A stretch of 64,000 nucleotides of DNA from Betaproteobacteria bacterium SG8_41 (GCA_001303585.1 LJTT01000002.1:5837-69836), one strand, 5' to 3'. Positions 26,608 to 38,250 are shown, counted from the first letter of the stretch. Translations and numbers: made by a program. The notes: generated by a model not told the origin, from the sequence alone.

Positions 26608-27588
26608 TCAGGCCGGCGGCCAGGCGCCGCGCATCATGCTGATGCCGTGAGCACCCGCTTGCCACGCCGTTTCAATGTCGGAGTGATTGAGACCCCCCAA
26701 GGCGTAGACCGGCAGAGGATAATCGGCAATGAGCGTCGCGAAATGGTCCCACCCGATGCCTCGTGCTTCCGGATGGCTCGGCGTGGCCTTCACAGGACCC
26801 AGGACCACGAAGTCTGCCCCGATCGCCACGGCCCGGGTCAGTTCGAGCTCGTTGTGACAGGAAGCGCCTACGAGCTCGAGCGCAGGTCTACGATCGAGCT
26901 GCATTAGCTGCCCGGCCGTAAGGTGAACTCCATCGGCGCCCGACTTCAGCGCCAGCGCGATGTTGCCGTTTACGAGCACGCGCGCGCCATGCTCCCGCGC
27001 AAGCTGCATGACGTGCACGAGGAGGCGCGCGAGTTCCTCTTCCGCCATCTGCTTCTCCCTCACCTGGATGAGCCTCAGGCCGCCCGCAAGCGCCCGATCG
27101 AGGCAGCGCAAAAACCCTTCGCGTCCAAGTTCGCTGGCATGGCTTATTGCGTACACAGGGGGCAAACGAAGCGCGCGCATGATCGGTGCATTGGCTGGAA
27201 GGAGCGGCGCGACGCCGACCGCCACGGGCAGCTGCCACGAAAAGCGCTGGTTCTCGCGCCCGTGCAGCGTCCCGCACCATCGGACCACCCGAAAGAAGCG
27301 CAGGCGCACCGCAGCGTGCTCGTAGTCGTAATCCCGGGTAAGCCAGGGATAGGCAAGCTCGACGTCGATCCCGAGTTCCTCGTGCAGCTCGCGTCCAAGC
27401 GCCGCTTGCGGTGATTCGCCCGGCTCTATCTTTCCGCCCGGAAATTCCCAGTAGCCTGCATAGACTTTGCCGGCCGGGCGCTGGCCCAAAAGAATGCAGC
27501 CGTCCGCGCGGCTGATCACGGCGGCAGCGACTTCTACTCGGTTGGCGGAAATGGGAATCGGGGGCGCGGGGTGACGGGCGGCGCTCAC
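26608..27588 (-). CDS. Nudix (MutT-like) hydrolase fused to a thiamine-phosphate-synthase-like (ThiE/TenI) domain
   Basis: Nudix box GGKIEPGESPQAALGRELHEELGI, with a TIM-barrel ThiE-like C-terminal half (GADGVHL...GADFVVLGPV). The GTG at 27588 overlaps the upstream stop (GTGA). Confidence 0.8.
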   Translation of the reverse strand: MSAARHPAPPIPISANRVEVAAAVISRADGCILLGQRPAGKVYAGYWEFPGGKIEPGESPQAALGRELHEELGIDVELAYPWLTRDYDYEHAAVRLRFFRVVRWCGTLHGRENQRFSWQLPVAVGVAPLLPANAPIMRALRLPPVYAISHASELGREGFLRCLDRALAGGLRLIQVREKQMAEEELARLLVHVMQLAREHGARVLVNGNIALALKSGADGVHLTAGQLMQLDRRPALELVGASCHNELELTRAVAIGADFVVLGPVKATPSHPEARGIGWDHFATLIADYPLPVYALGGLNHSDIETAWQAGAHGISMMRGAWPPA

Positions 27589-28472
27589 TTCTGCCTTTTG
27601 CTGTGCGCCTTCATTCTTTCTCTTCCCGCCCAGTCGCGCGCGAACTGCCACGCCACGCGCCCGCTGCGCGAGCCCCGCTGCAGCGCCCATTGCAGCGCGG
27701 CACGCTGCACCGGCTCCGCGTGCGCGCCGGACACCTTGAAGTATTCAAGCCATATCGCGACGATGCGCAGATAGTCTTCCTGATCGAAAGGATAGAACGA
27801 GACCCACAGACCGAAGCGTTCGGAAAGCGATATCTTCTCCTCCGATGTCTCGCTTGGGTGAATCTCCTCGCCAACATGGCGGTAACCGAGATTCTCATCC
27901 ATGTACTCCGGCATCAGGTGGCGCCGGTTGGAAGTCGCGTAGATAACACAGTTCTCGGAGGCGGCCGCAATCGAGCCGTCCAGCACCACCTTGAGCGCCT
28001 TAAAACCCGGCTCATCGGCCTCGAAGGAGAGGTCATCGCAATACAGGATAAAGCGCTCCGGGCGCTGGAAGATGCGGTCAACGATATCCGGCAGGTCGAC
28101 CAGATCCTGCTTGTCGACCTCGATCAGCCGCAGGCCGCGCGACGAGTACTTGTTCAGCAGCGCCTTGATGAGGGAGGACTTCCCCGTGCCGCGCGCCCCC
28201 GTCAACAGCACGTTATTGGCGGGCAGGCCTTCCACGAACTGACGCGTATTCTGCTCGACCAGCTCCTTTTGGGCGTCGATGCCCTGGAGGTCCTTCAGGC
28301 TGATGCGATGCACGTGGCGGACGGGCTCGATGCTCCCGCGGTTGTTGCCCTTTCGCCAGCGAAAGGCGATTGAGGCGTTCCAATCAGTGGGCGGGGCATC
28401 GCGCGGCAGCAGCTGCTCCAGACGCGTAAGCAGCCCTTCCGCCTGCTTGATCAATTTGGACGTATCAGTCAT
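27585..28472 (-). CDS. AAA-type ATP-binding protein (DUF815 family)
   Basis: Walker A LLTGARGTGKSS and Walker B ILYCDDLSF. The position between argJ and the Nudix gene matches Pseudomonas. Confidence 0.75.
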   Translation of the reverse strand: MTDTSKLIKQAEGLLTRLEQLLPRDAPPTDWNASIAFRWRKGNNRGSIEPVRHVHRISLKDLQGIDAQKELVEQNTRQFVEGLPANNVLLTGARGTGKSSLIKALLNKYSSRGLRLIEVDKQDLVDLPDIVDRIFQRPERFILYCDDLSFEADEPGFKALKVVLDGSIAAASENCVIYATSNRRHLMPEYMDENLGYRHVGEEIHPSETSEEKISLSERFGLWVSFYPFDQEDYLRIVAIWLEYFKVSGAHAEPVQRAALQWALQRGSRSGRVAWQFARDWAGRERMKAHSKRQK

Positions 28473-28488
28473 GACAAATCAAGAGCTT

Positions 28489-28581
28489 AACCGCAAAGAC
28501 GCGAAGGCGCAAAGGTCGCGCAAGGTCTTCTGAAGGTTCTCGTCCTCGGCTCGCTTTGCGAGCCCGCTGCGTCTTCGCGCC
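28489..28581. repeat. intergenic hairpin with CGCAAAG/AAGACGC-type arms
   Basis: The left arm aaccgcaaagacgcgaaggcgcaaagg pairs as two nested 7-bp helices (aagacgc/gcgtctt and cgcaaag/ctttgcg) with the right arm ctcgctttgcgagcccgctgcgtcttcgcgcc. Confidence 0.7.
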
Positions 28582-28596
28582 TAGCAGTTCAGCCAT

Positions 28597-29835
28597 TCAG
28601 GTTCTGTACTCTGCATTGATGGTGACGTAATCGTGCGACAGATCGCACGTCCAGACGGTGGCCGTCGCGCTACCGCGGTTCAATGTGACGCGGATCGAAA
28701 TTTCCGGCTGCTTCATCACCCGCTGCCCGTCTGATTCCCGATAGCCCGGATGACGGCCGCCATTCTTCACGACCAGGACGTCGTCCAGATAAAGATCGAT
28801 CTTGTCGACAGCAAGATCGGAGATCCCGGCTTTGCCCACCGCGGCGAGGATCCGGCCAAGATTGGGATCCGATGCAAAAAAAGCGGTCTTGACGAGCGGC
28901 GAATGCGCGATGGCATAGGCAATGCGCCGGCACTCCTCGTCTCTGCGCCCGCCTTCGATCCGGATGGTGATGAACTTGGTCGCGCCCTCGCCATCTCGAA
29001 TAATCGACTGCGCCAGTTCCGCCGCCACCGCGGTAACGCCCTGCATCAGCTCCTGGTACTCAGCGCTTCCGGCATCCCGGATTTCCGGCGCGGAGGCCCG
29101 GCCGGTCGAAATCAGCACAAAGGCGTCGTTAGTGGACGTGTCCCCGTCCACGGTGATGCAGTTGAAGGAGTGGTTTGCCGCCTGGGCTACCGCCGCGCGC
29201 GCCAGCGCCAGTGACAACGGCGCATCGGTTGCGACGAATGCCAGCATGGTCGCCATATTGGGATGAATCATGCCCGCGCCCTTTGCGATACCCGTCACCG
29301 TCACGGTCTGTCCACCAATGCTGACCCGGCGGGAAGCAGCCTTGGGCAGGGTGTCCGTCGTCATGATGGCCTCCGCGGCCGCCAGCCAGTTGTCCTCGCG
29401 CAGATTTGCAAGGCAGTCCGGCAGTCCGGCCCCGATCTTCTCGACCGGCAATGGCTCCATGATCACGCCCGTCGAAAACGGCAACACCTGCGCCGAAGAG
29501 CATCCGAGCAGCGCCGCCAGCTGGGCGCAGCTCTGACGAGCCGCGCTCATGCCTTCCTTGCCGGTACCGGCGTTGGCACATCCGGTGTTAACCAGCAACG
29601 CCTTGATCGACGCGTCGGGATCGAGCATCGTGAGATGCTGCCGCGCCACCACGACCGGAGCGGCGCAGAAGCGGTTTTGCGTGAACACCGCCGCCACGCG
29701 CGAACCGTCTTCGAGCTTGACCACAAGCAGATCCTTGCGGCCCGGCTTTCCGATCTCGGCTTGCGCCACGCCAAGACTCACGCCGTTGACGGGCTTCAAA
29801 TACTGGGGGTCGGGACGCTTGAGGTTGACGGGCAT
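28597..29835 (-). CDS. argJ: bifunctional glutamate N-acetyltransferase / amino-acid acetyltransferase
   Basis: GFxAAG-like [16 protein letters not shown], the autoproteolysis site region [11 protein letters not shown], and a full-length 412-aa match to the ArgJ architecture. Confidence 0.95.
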   Translation of the reverse strand: MPVNLKRPDPQYLKPVNGVSLGVAQAEIGKPGRKDLLVVKLEDGSRVAAVFTQNRFCAAPVVVARQHLTMLDPDASIKALLVNTGCANAGTGKEGMSAARQSCAQLAALLGCSSAQVLPFSTGVIMEPLPVEKIGAGLPDCLANLREDNWLAAAEAIMTTDTLPKAASRRVSIGGQTVTVTGIAKGAGMIHPNMATMLAFVATDAPLSLALARAAVAQAANHSFNCITVDGDTSTNDAFVLISTGRASAPEIRDAGSAEYQELMQGVTAVAAELAQSIIRDGEGATKFITIRIEGGRRDEECRRIAYAIAHSPLVKTAFFASDPNLGRILAAVGKAGISDLAVDKIDLYLDDVLVVKNGGRHPGYRESDGQRVMKQPEISIRVTLNRGSATATVWTCDLSHDYVTINAEYRT

Positions 29836-29953
29836 TGGCAGCCGTTGCCACGAAGGTGAACGCTGGGGCGAATTATATCGGGGAAACGCCGTGTTTCCTC
29901 CGGCGCGCGATCCGTGGAGCGGGCTCGCTCACTGCTCGCGTTTCCGGCGTCCC

Positions 29954-32776
29954 TCAGCGCAGGCGGCCGTGGCAGTGCTTGTACTTCTTGCCAGAGCCGC
30001 AGGGACAGGGGTCATTGCGCCCGACCTTCTGGCCCTCGCGCACGAAGGGCTGCTGGGGCTTTTCCGCCACGGCCACATCGCTGTCCTCCTCCGTTTGCGC
30101 GACAGCTTCAGGGCCTCTTCCGTATTCCGCATGCTGGTACTGGATGTTCTGCGGAATCTCGGGCTCCTCGACTTCCGCCAGCTCTTCTGCGTTGCGAATC
30201 TGGACCGTCATCAGGATCCGCGTGACTTCTGTCTTGACCATGTCGAGCAGCAACGAGAACAGGGCGAAGGCCTCGCGCTTGTATTCCTGGCTCGGATTCT
30301 TTTGCGCGTAGCTGCGCAGATGAATGCCCTGACGCAGATGGTCGAGCGCCGTCAGGTGCTCGCGCCAGTGGCTGTCCAGACTTTGCAGCATGATTGCGCG
30401 CTCGTATTGACTCATCGCCTCGCGCTGGACGATGGCGGTACGCTCGCGATAGCGCTCGTGCGCGGCAGCGATGATACGGGCCTCCAGCTCCTCCTCATCG
30501 AGCTCGGGCTCGTCTTTCAGCCACTGCTGGATGGGAACCTTCAGCTGCAGCTCGGCGTCAAGCGTTCGCTCGAGGCCCGCAATGTCCCATTGTTCTTCCA
30601 TGGTCCCCGGCACGATATGCTCGCGGACATGGCTTTTGATGACGTCGGCGCGCATAGCGGCGATAGTCTCGGCCACGTCGGCCGTCTCCAGCAGATCGTT
30701 GCGCTGCTGATAGATGACCCTGCGTTGATCGTTAGCCACATCGTCATACTCGAGCAGGTGCTTGCGCATGTCGAAATTGCGAGCCTCGACCTTGCGCTGG
30801 GCGTTCTCGATGGAGCGTGTCACCCACGGGTGCTCGATTGCCTCGCCCTCCGGCATCTTGAGCCGATCCATAATGGCCGCGACCCGGTCGGAGGCGAATA
30901 TCCGTAACAGCGGGTCTTCGAGCGAAAGGTAGAAGCGGCTCGAGCCGGGATCGCCCTGGCGCCCCGACCGGCCGCGCAACTGGTTGTCGATACGGCGCGA
31001 TTCGTGCCGCTCGGTGCCGATAATGTGCAGCCCGCCTGCCGCAACCACCTGGTTGTGCAGCTTCTGCCACTCGAAACGCATCTCTGCCGCTTTGTTCTTC
31101 TTGCTGGCCTCATCGAGCGCCGGGTCCGCCAGCATTCGATTGATTTCGGGCTCGGGATTGCCGCCCAGCACGATGTCGGTGCCACGGCCGGCCATGTTCG
31201 TTGCGATGGTAACCATCTTGGGCCGTCCGGCCTGCACGACGATCTCGGCTTCGCGCGCGTGCTGTTTCGCGTTGAGCACATTGTGCGGCAGGCCGTCCTG
31301 TTTGAGCATGCCCGACAGCAACTCCGAATTCTCGATGGACGTCGTGCCCACCAGCGCCGGCTGGCCGCGCTGATAACAGTCCTTGATGTCGTTGATGATC
31401 GCCTGATATTTCTCGCGCGACGTGCGATAGACCTGATCCATGCGATCTTCGCGGACCATCGGCATGTGCGTCGGGATTACCACGGTTTCCAGACCGTAGA
31501 TTTGCTGGAACTCGTAGGCTTCGGTATCCGCCGTGCCGGTCATCCCGGCAAGCTTGCGGTACATCCTGAAGTAGTTCTGGAAGGTAATCGTCGCCAGCGT
31601 CTGATTCTCGCGCTGTATGTCGAGCCCCTCCTTGGCCTCGATCGCCTGGTGCAGCCCTTCAGACCAGCGACGGCCGGGCATCAGCCGCCCGGTGAACTCA
31701 TCGACAATGACGATCTCGCCATTCTGCACGACATACTGCTGGTCACGGTGGAACAGGGAATGCGCCCTCAGCGCCGCGTTGAGATGGTGCATGAGCACGA
31801 TGTTGCTCGGGTCGTAAAGGCTGGAGCCCTCCGTTAGCAGGCCGGCCTTGGCCATCAGCTCCTCGGCGTGCTCATGGCCCTCCTCGGACATGATTACCTG
31901 GTGCGCCTTCTCGTCGACCCAGAAATCGCCCGGTCCGTTTTCTTCCTTCTGCCGCGTTAGCCTCGGGGCAATCTGGTTGGTTCTGATGTAGAGATCGGTC
32001 GTGTCCTCTGCCTGCCCCGAGATGATGAGCGGCGTTCTCGCTTCGTCGATCAGGATCGAGTCAACCTCGTCCACGATCCCGAAATGCAGCCCGCGCTGCA
32101 CCTTCTCGGAAACGTGATAAACCATGTTGTCGCGCAGATAATCGAAGCCGAATTCATTGTTGGTGCCATAGGTGATATCGGCACCGTAGGCCTGCTGCTT
32201 GAGCGTGTGCTCCATCTGCGAAAGGTTGACCCCGACCGTCAACCCGAGGAAACGGTAGAGCTTGCCCATCCAGTCCGCGTCGCGCTGCGCGAGGTAATCG
32301 TTGACGGTAACAATGTGCACGCTCTCGCCACCGAGGGCGTTCAGGTAAGCAGGCAGGGTTGCCACCAGCGTCTTGCCCTCGCCGGTGCGCATTTCCCCGA
32401 TCTTGCCGCTGTGCAGGGCGATGCCGCCAATGAGCTGCACGTCGAAATGCCGCATGTTGAGCGTGCGTCGCCCCGCTTCACGTACAACCGCGAACGCCTC
32501 CGGCAACAGCTCATCAACGGCATCGCGGCGCGTTTTCGACCGCTCCAGTTCGAGCTGGCCCGCCCGTTCGGAGTCGCCGTCGGTGTTGTCGGGCACTTTC
32601 GCTACGGCATCGCGCACGCGCGCGCGGAACTCGTCGGTTTTCGCGCGCAACTCCGCGTCGGTCAGCTTCTCGACCTGCGGGCCGAGCGCGTTGATGGCGC
32701 GCACCTGGCGTTGGTACTGCCGGAGCAGCCGATCGTTACGGCTGCCGAAGATTTTACTCAGGACGTTCTGGATCAT
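29954..32776 (-). CDS. secA: preprotein translocase ATPase SecA
   Basis: MRTGEGKTL Walker [20 protein letters not shown], and the C-terminal zinc finger [14 protein letters not shown]. Confidence 0.97.
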   Translation of the reverse strand: MIQNVLSKIFGSRNDRLLRQYQRQVRAINALGPQVEKLTDAELRAKTDEFRARVRDAVAKVPDNTDGDSERAGQLELERSKTRRDAVDELLPEAFAVVREAGRRTLNMRHFDVQLIGGIALHSGKIGEMRTGEGKTLVATLPAYLNALGGESVHIVTVNDYLAQRDADWMGKLYRFLGLTVGVNLSQMEHTLKQQAYGADITYGTNNEFGFDYLRDNMVYHVSEKVQRGLHFGIVDEVDSILIDEARTPLIISGQAEDTTDLYIRTNQIAPRLTRQKEENGPGDFWVDEKAHQVIMSEEGHEHAEELMAKAGLLTEGSSLYDPSNIVLMHHLNAALRAHSLFHRDQQYVVQNGEIVIVDEFTGRLMPGRRWSEGLHQAIEAKEGLDIQRENQTLATITFQNYFRMYRKLAGMTGTADTEAYEFQQIYGLETVVIPTHMPMVREDRMDQVYRTSREKYQAIINDIKDCYQRGQPALVGTTSIENSELLSGMLKQDGLPHNVLNAKQHAREAEIVVQAGRPKMVTIATNMAGRGTDIVLGGNPEPEINRMLADPALDEASKKNKAAEMRFEWQKLHNQVVAAGGLHIIGTERHESRRIDNQLRGRSGRQGDPGSSRFYLSLEDPLLRIFASDRVAAIMDRLKMPEGEAIEHPWVTRSIENAQRKVEARNFDMRKHLLEYDDVANDQRRVIYQQRNDLLETADVAETIAAMRADVIKSHVREHIVPGTMEEQWDIAGLERTLDAELQLKVPIQQWLKDEPELDEEELEARIIAAAHERYRERTAIVQREAMSQYERAIMLQSLDSHWREHLTALDHLRQGIHLRSYAQKNPSQEYKREAFALFSLLLDMVKTEVTRILMTVQIRNAEELAEVEEPEIPQNIQYQHAEYGRGPEAVAQTEEDSDVAVAEKPQQPFVREGQKVGRNDPCPCGSGKKYKHCHGRLR

Positions 32777-32848
32777 CCGTTCAGCAAGCTAAACAAAAAG
32801 GGGTGGGGAAACTCGCCCCACCCCTTAGAAATTTCTATCTATCAACGG

Positions 32849-33787
32849 TCAGCCGGGCAAACGCAAGAATCGCTTTGGGTTCACCGACGCTCCACGTCGC
32901 CGCACCTCGAAGTGCAGATGTGAGCCGGTTGCACGGCCCGTCTTTCCAACCTTGCCGATCTGCACGCCCCGCACCACCAGGTCGCCGACTTTTACCAGCC
33001 GCTTGGATGCGTGCGCGTAACGTGTGATCAGACCGTTGCCGTGGTCGATTTCGATCATCTTACCATACTGCGGGTGCGTGCCAGAGAAGATCACGACGCC
33101 GCCGGCTGCCGCGTAGATCGGCGTACCGGTCTCGGCCATCACGTCGATGCCCTCGTGAAAAGCGCGCTGCCCGGTAAACGGATCGATACGCCAGCCGTAG
33201 TTGGAGGAATACCATCCGCCCTCGACCGGCAACATGGTCGGTATCAGCTTCTTCTTGGCGCTATCGACCGCGAACAAGGAATCCAGGATACCGAGCTTGT
33301 CGCTGCGGTCGTCAACTTGCCGCGTCAGCAATTCGAGCTGCTCCGTGAAATCACCAAGCGAGAGGTCCTGCGACGGCAGTGTTGACACCGCGCCGCCGCG
33401 GCCCGGGCGCTCCCCGAACATGAGGTCCTGCGGCTTGAAACCCGCCAGCTTCGCAAGCCGTTCGCCAACGGTGTCCAGGCGCAACAGCTGTGCCTGCATT
33501 TCGCCCAGCTTGACCGCCATGGCACTGAGATTTTCGCGCAGGTAGGCCTGAGCTTTCTCGTGTTGCTCCTGCTGCAGCGCGAATTGGCGCTTCTGCGCCG
33601 CCAACACGATAGACTCGACGTACGGGAGCTTGATGTCGCCGGCGAAGCGAAGCGCCGTGTAATGCAGCATCGCCCCGAGCATCAGGACCGTGAGGACAAA
33701 GCCCAGTCCCATCAGAAAAAGCTGCGGCAGGCCAAGGGTGAACGTTTTCGCCCTGGCCAACTTTTCGGAAACTAGAATAACATTCAT
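32849..33787 (-). CDS. M23 family metallopeptidase (membrane-anchored, coiled-coil N-terminal region)
   Basis: The ATG at 33787 has a GGGGGGAG SD and is followed by an N-terminal TM helix. The C-terminal part carries HEGIDV...HGNGLITRYAH...GSHLHFEV (LytM/M23 motifs). Confidence 0.85.
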   Translation of the reverse strand: MNVILVSEKLARAKTFTLGLPQLFLMGLGFVLTVLMLGAMLHYTALRFAGDIKLPYVESIVLAAQKRQFALQQEQHEKAQAYLRENLSAMAVKLGEMQAQLLRLDTVGERLAKLAGFKPQDLMFGERPGRGGAVSTLPSQDLSLGDFTEQLELLTRQVDDRSDKLGILDSLFAVDSAKKKLIPTMLPVEGGWYSSNYGWRIDPFTGQRAFHEGIDVMAETGTPIYAAAGGVVIFSGTHPQYGKMIEIDHGNGLITRYAHASKRLVKVGDLVVRGVQIGKVGKTGRATGSHLHFEVRRRGASVNPKRFLRLPG

Positions 33788-33809
33788 CGTCTCCCCCCGC
33801 CGCACGTTC

Positions 33810-34253
33810 ATGCCCGCCCAAAAGATCGGCGATCTGCTTCTACAATCCAGTGAACTTCGCGCCCTGTCCCGCCGCGCGCAATACCTGGCGGAACTGCAGC
33901 GCGCTGTCCTAGAGGCGATCCCCCGCCCACTCGCCAGTGCGACCCGTGTCAAGAGCCTGCGGTCTGGAACGGTCCTTATTGCGGCCGATAATGCGGCCGT
34001 CGCCGCCAAGCTCAGGCAACTCGCCCCGCGTGTACTCGAACACCTGCAGAAACGCGACGGTCAGGTTACTGGAATCAGAATAGAAGTTCAAGTTACGATG
34101 CAACAGATCCGGCCTGGAAAAACTTCACGAAATCAAGGCCTCGATACCCGGATTCTCAGCGATTTTCAGCGGTTGGCGGACCGCTTGAAGGAGTCCCCGC
34201 TGAAGCATGCCGTGACGCGTTTGGTGCAGCGCCACAAACGCGGTGAGAAATAG
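33810..34253 (+). CDS. DUF721 (DciA-like) protein
   Basis: 147 aa from the ATG at 33810. It sits divergent from the M23 peptidase between secA and lpxC, the same position as the DUF721 gene in Pseudomonas. The pattern LRSGTLLIAADNAAVAAKLRQ fits DUF721. Confidence 0.65.
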   Translation: MPAQKIGDLLLQSSELRALSRRAQYLAELQRAVLEAIPRPLASATRVKSLRSGTVLIAADNAAVAAKLRQLAPRVLEHLQKRDGQVTGIRIEVQVTMQQIRPGKTSRNQGLDTRILSDFQRLADRLKESPLKHAVTRLVQRHKRGEK

Positions 34254-34260
34254 GTCCCAT

Positions 34261-34446
34261 TCAGATCACGAGCACCAACCGCTCGAGAGCGTAGAGCGTC
34301 AGGAAAACCAGCAGGAAGACGAACCCGAACTGAAAGACGCGCCACGCAAACGTGAGATAGCGCCGATTTCGCGTGAACAGGTAAAGCGCGACCGAACCGA
34401 CCAGGGCAATCAGGACCAGGATCCCGACCAGCCTCAGAACCAGCAT
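34261..34446 (-). CDS. small two-helix membrane protein (hypothetical)
   Basis: 61-aa ORF with two clear hydrophobic helices separated by TRNRRY. No recognised family. Confidence 0.4.
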   Translation of the reverse strand: MLVLRLVGILVLIALVGSVALYLFTRNRRYLTFAWRVFQFGFVFLLVFLTLYALERLVLVI

Positions 34447-34458
34447 GACCCCGCCTAG

Positions 34459-34554
34459 TTCAAGGTTTCAGGTTCAAGGTTCAAGGTTCAACGTTCAAGG
34501 TTCGGCGCGAAGCTCGGAACTTTGAACTCGGAACTTTGGACATTGAATCCGGCG
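34459..34554. repeat. hairpin with GTTCAAG heptamer arms downstream of lpxC
   Basis: The left arm has 7 heptamers: gttcaag gtttcag gttcaag gttcaag gttcaac gttcaag gttcggc. The right arm is roughly complementary: ctcggaa ctttgaa ctcggaa ctttgga cattgaa tccggcg. Confidence 0.85.
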
Positions 34555-34573
34555 CGCCATGGATAGTCGGCGC

Positions 34574-35485
34574 TTAGGCTGGCTGTGGCTGCCAGGCAAG
34601 GAACACAGGCGCATCTTCCACGCGCTCGAAACTCGCGAATTCCCAGGCCTTGCGATCTTCCAGCAGGCGCCGCAGCAGCAAATTGTTGAGCGCGTGCCCC
34701 GACTTGTATCCGGAGAACGCCCCGATCAGCGGGTGGCCCAGCAGATAGAGATCACCGATCGCGTCGAGGACCTTGTGTTTGACGAACTCATCCTCGTAGC
34801 GTAGTCCGTCAGTGTTGAGCACGCGGTACTCGTCCATGACGATGGCGTTGTCGAGGCTCCCGCCCAGTGCGAGGCCTTGACCGCGCATGGTCTCGACGTC
34901 CTGCATGAAGCCGAAGGTGCGCGCGCGGCTGACTTCCTTGACGTAGGAGGTCGTGGAGAAATCAACGGCGACCGATTGCCGCATCTTGTCGAACACCGGG
35001 TGATCGAAGTCAATGCTCAGCGACAGCTTGAAGCCATTGTGCGGCTCGAGCCGAACCCATTTCTCGCCTTCTTCAACCTCGACCGGGTTCAGAACGCGGA
35101 TGAACTTCTTGGGCGCAACCTGCTCTTCAATGCCGGCCGACTGAAGCAGGAATACGAAGGGACCGGCGCTGCCATCCATGATCGGCACTTCCGGCGCCGA
35201 GAGGTCAACGTAGGCGTTGTCGATGCCAAGGCCTGCGAGCGCGGACATCAGGTGCTCAACGGTGGAGATTCGAACACCGCCCTGTTCGAGACAGGAGGAA
35301 AGGCGCGTATCGCCCACCGAGTGTGGCGTGGCCTTGATCTCGACGGGCTGCGCGAGGTCGGTACGGCGAAAGATGATCCCGCTATTCGCCGGCGCCGGTC
35401 GCAGCGTCATGTAGACCTTCGCGCCGGTATGCAAACCGACACCGGTGGCCCGGATCAGATTCTTGAGCGTACGCTGATGGATCAA
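34574..35485 (-). CDS. lpxC: UDP-3-O-acyl-N-acetylglucosamine deacetylase
   Basis: [24 protein letters not shown]...TVEHLMSAL...[10 protein letters not shown]. Confidence 0.95.
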   Translation of the reverse strand: MIHQRTLKNLIRATGVGLHTGAKVYMTLRPAPANSGIIFRRTDLAQPVEIKATPHSVGDTRLSSCLEQGGVRISTVEHLMSALAGLGIDNAYVDLSAPEVPIMDGSAGPFVFLLQSAGIEEQVAPKKFIRVLNPVEVEEGEKWVRLEPHNGFKLSLSIDFDHPVFDKMRQSVAVDFSTTSYVKEVSRARTFGFMQDVETMRGQGLALGGSLDNAIVMDEYRVLNTDGLRYEDEFVKHKVLDAIGDLYLLGHPLIGAFSGYKSGHALNNLLLRRLLEDRKAWEFASFERVEDAPVFLAWQPQPA

Positions 35486-35772
35486 CTGAAAACTTTCTGA
35501 TTTTTCATGTTGTTACAGCGCGAATTTTAACATGCCGCGGTGCTGCCATGCAAAAAGATTGTAACCAAACGTGATTCGCCCTCCGCTTTCGACACTTAGG
35601 ATGACCGATCACGGCGTGCGAACGGGTATCCGTTGGCATACAAGCCCACGACAACGTGTCGCCGCCAGGCGACGCTGGTCGCTCCAACACCCCCAGTTGA
35701 GCCGCCTCGGCACCGGCCCTGCGCCCGTGAGCGTCGAGTCCGGTCTACCCGCCTCGCATTGCAGTAAGGCGG

Positions 35773-36936
35773 CTAATCAGCCTGCTTGCGCAGGAACGCC
35801 GGGATATCAAGCATCTCGACGCCGGATTGCCGCATCGCCTCGATGGTGGCGTCGCGGTTGCGCTTCGAGCGCATGACCGCAGGCATTTCAAGCGCACCGT
35901 AGTCCACGTCGAGCGGCTGATTGTCGGTTCCGGTCTTCGTGGTCACGACGGTCAGGGGTTTCGGCTGCTGGCGTATCGCCGGCTTGCCAAGCCCGGTCGC
36001 GACGATGGTGACGCGCAGATTGTCGTCCAGCGCCTCGTCGTACACCGTGCCTACGATCTTGTGCGCGCCGTCTGCCGCGAAGGACCCGATGGTCTCCATC
36101 ACATCGTAGAGTTCCTGGAGCTGGAAGGACTCCTGGTTTGCGGAGATGTTGACGAGCACGCCGCGCGCATCGGCAATGTTGATGTCCTCGAGCAGCGGGC
36201 ATGCCACTGCTTGCTCCGCCGCCAGCCGCGCCCGGTCGGACCCTGCTGACTTGGCCGAGCCCATCATCGCCATTCCCATTTCCGCCATGACCGTGCGCAC
36301 GTCTGCGAAGTCGACGTTGATCATGCCCGGACAACTGATGATTTCCGCGATGCCGGCGACAGCGCCGTGCAGTACGTCGTTTGCCGCCCTGAATGCCTCG
36401 TGCAGCGTCACCTTGTTGCCAAGCACCTGCATCAGCTTGTCATTGGGTATCACGATCAATGAGTCGACATACTCGCCGAGTTGGTCGAGGCCTTCGAGCG
36501 CGGTTCGCTGGCGCTTGCCCTCGAAGCCGAACGGCTTGGTGACCACCGCCACCGTGAGAATACCGAGCTCCTTGGCGATCTCGGCGACGACCGGCGCGGC
36601 ACCCGTGCCGGTGCCTCCGCCCATGCCCGCAGTAAGGAAGAGCATGTCGGCCCCTGCGATCGTCTCCGCGATGCGCTCGCGGTCCTCCAGAGCCGACTGG
36701 CGCCCGATTTCCGGGTTCGCGCCGGCGCCCAGCCCCTTGGTGATATTTGTGCCGAGCTGCAGTTGCACCTTCGCCTGCGTGCGCTTGAGTGCCTGCACGT
36801 CAGTGTTAGCCGAAATGAACTCGACCCCTTTGACGCCCTGCACGATCATATGGTCAACGGCATTTCCGCCGCAGCCGCCCACGCCGACGACCTTGATCAC
36901 GGCTTCCTGCGCCTGGGAATCTACGATTTCAAACAT
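35773..36936 (-). CDS. ftsZ: cell division GTPase FtsZ
   Basis: GVGGCGGNAV, the GGGTGTGAAP tubulin signature, and NTDVQAL. The ATG at 36936 has an AAAGGAGA SD. Confidence 0.97.
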   Translation of the reverse strand: MFEIVDSQAQEAVIKVVGVGGCGGNAVDHMIVQGVKGVEFISANTDVQALKRTQAKVQLQLGTNITKGLGAGANPEIGRQSALEDRERIAETIAGADMLFLTAGMGGGTGTGAAPVVAEIAKELGILTVAVVTKPFGFEGKRQRTALEGLDQLGEYVDSLIVIPNDKLMQVLGNKVTLHEAFRAANDVLHGAVAGIAEIISCPGMINVDFADVRTVMAEMGMAMMGSAKSAGSDRARLAAEQAVACPLLEDINIADARGVLVNISANQESFQLQELYDVMETIGSFAADGAHKIVGTVYDEALDDNLRVTIVATGLGKPAIRQQPKPLTVVTTKTGTDNQPLDVDYGALEMPAVMRSKRNRDATIEAMRQSGVEMLDIPAFLRKQAD

Positions 36937-37011
36937 TGAGTCTCCTTTCAATTGATCAATGACCCAGAATGGCTAAACCCCTATTTCACGGATACTGAAT
37001 GCCTCATTGCC

Positions 37012-38250
37012 CTAGAAATTTCCCGCAAACCACGATTTCATTCTTTCCAGCACCTGCTGGAACGAGCTGATGTTCATGCGCGCCGCTTCCTTGAGCCGGT
37101 GCTGCTCGAGACCCGCGAGCAGCAGGCCAACCCCGGTCGAGAAGCGCGGATGGCGTACGTATTCCGCCAGCGTCCCGCCGTAGCCCGGATGCCCGACGCG
37201 CACCGGCATGTGGAAAAGCTCTTCGCCGAGCTCGACCATTCCCTGCATGACACTCGAGCCCCCGGTAATCACAACGCCCGCCGAAAGCAGCTCCTCGTAG
37301 CCGCTGCGGCGCAACTCCGACTGCACTAGCGAATAGAGTTCCTCGACGCGGGGCTCGATCACTTCCGAGAGCGTCTTGCGCGAGAGCTGGCGCGGCTCCC
37401 GGTCGCCGAGCCCCGGCACCTCGACCATGTCCTGCGGATCGGCAAGCTGGGATAGCGCGCACCCGTAGCGCTCCTTTATCTCCTCGGCGTCCTTGGTGGG
37501 CGTGCGCAGGGCCATCGCGATATCATTGGTTATCTGGTCGCCGGCGATCGGTATCACCGCGGTATGGCGAATCGCGCCGTGCGTGAACACAATGAGGTCG
37601 GTCGTCCCGCCGCCGATGTCCACCAGTGCCACACCGAGATCCTTCTCGTCCTCGGAGATGACCGCCAGCGCGGACGCGAGGGGCTGCAGGATGAGATCGC
37701 GCACCTCCAACCCGCAGCGGCGCACGCACTTCACGATGTTCTGCGCCGCGGATACCGCGCCGGTCACGATGTGCACCTTGACCTCGAGCCGCACCCCGCT
37801 CATGCCAAGGGGCTCGCGCACATCCTCCTGCCCGTCGATGATGAATTCCTGGTTGAGAACGTGCAGGATCTGCTGGTCGTTCGGGATCTGCACCGCCCGC
37901 GCGGTGTCTATGACGCGCTCGATGTCGACCTGGGCGACCTCTTTGTCCTTCACCGGCACCATGCCCTGCGAGTTGAAGCTGCGCACGTGGCTGCCGGCGA
38001 TCCCGGTGTAGACCTCCCGGATCTTGCAGTCGGCCATGAGCTCGGCTTCCTCCAACGCGCGCTGGATGGCGTTCACCGTTGTCTCGATGTTGACGACCAC
38101 GCCTTTCTTGAGTCCGCGCGACGGATGCTGGCCCATACCGATGATCTCGAACCCGCCCTCTGGCCGGAGCTCGGCGACGATCGCGACGATCTTGCACGTC
38201 CCGATGTCCAGCCCAACCAACAGCTTCTTGTTGTCTCTTGGCTTGCTCAT
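37012..38250 (-). CDS. ftsA: cell division protein FtsA
   Basis: LVGLDIGTCKIVAIV...VDIGGGTTDL actin-fold motifs. Lies between ftsQ and ftsZ. Confidence 0.95.
   Translation of the reverse strand: MSKPRDNKKLLVGLDIGTCKIVAIVAELRPEGGFEIIGMGQHPSRGLKKGVVVNIETTVNAIQRALEEAELMADCKIREVYTGIAGSHVRSFNSQGMVPVKDKEVAQVDIERVIDTARAVQIPNDQQILHVLNQEFIIDGQEDVREPLGMSGVRLEVKVHIVTGAVSAAQNIVKCVRRCGLEVRDLILQPLASALAVISEDEKDLGVALVDIGGGTTDLIVFTHGAIRHTAVIPIAGDQITNDIAMALRTPTKDAEEIKERYGCALSQLADPQDMVEVPGLGDREPRQLSRKTLSEVIEPRVEELYSLVQSELRRSGYEELLSAGVVITGGSSVMQGMVELGEELFHMPVRVGHPGYGGTLAEYVRHPRFSTGVGLLLAGLEQHRLKEAARMNISSFQQVLERMKSWFAGNF

Noticed and set aside
26267-26665. ORFs translating the heptamer array as FRVSSFEFRVSS... 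or ELETRNSKLETRNSK... repeats
   Set aside because: The periodic peptide is a by-product of a 7-nt DNA repeat read with a 21-nt period. Both strands and several frames are open and there is no plausible start context, so this was called as a repeat.
35486-35772. Possible small RNA or riboswitch in the 287-bp ftsZ-lpxC spacer, and in other ORF-free gaps (17308-17510, 22220-22316, 26000-26218)
   Set aside because: I recognised no conserved ncRNA motif (tRNA cloverleaf, 4.5S, 6S, tmRNA or a common riboswitch core). These are most simply promoter or leader regions. A covariance-model scan would be needed to say more.
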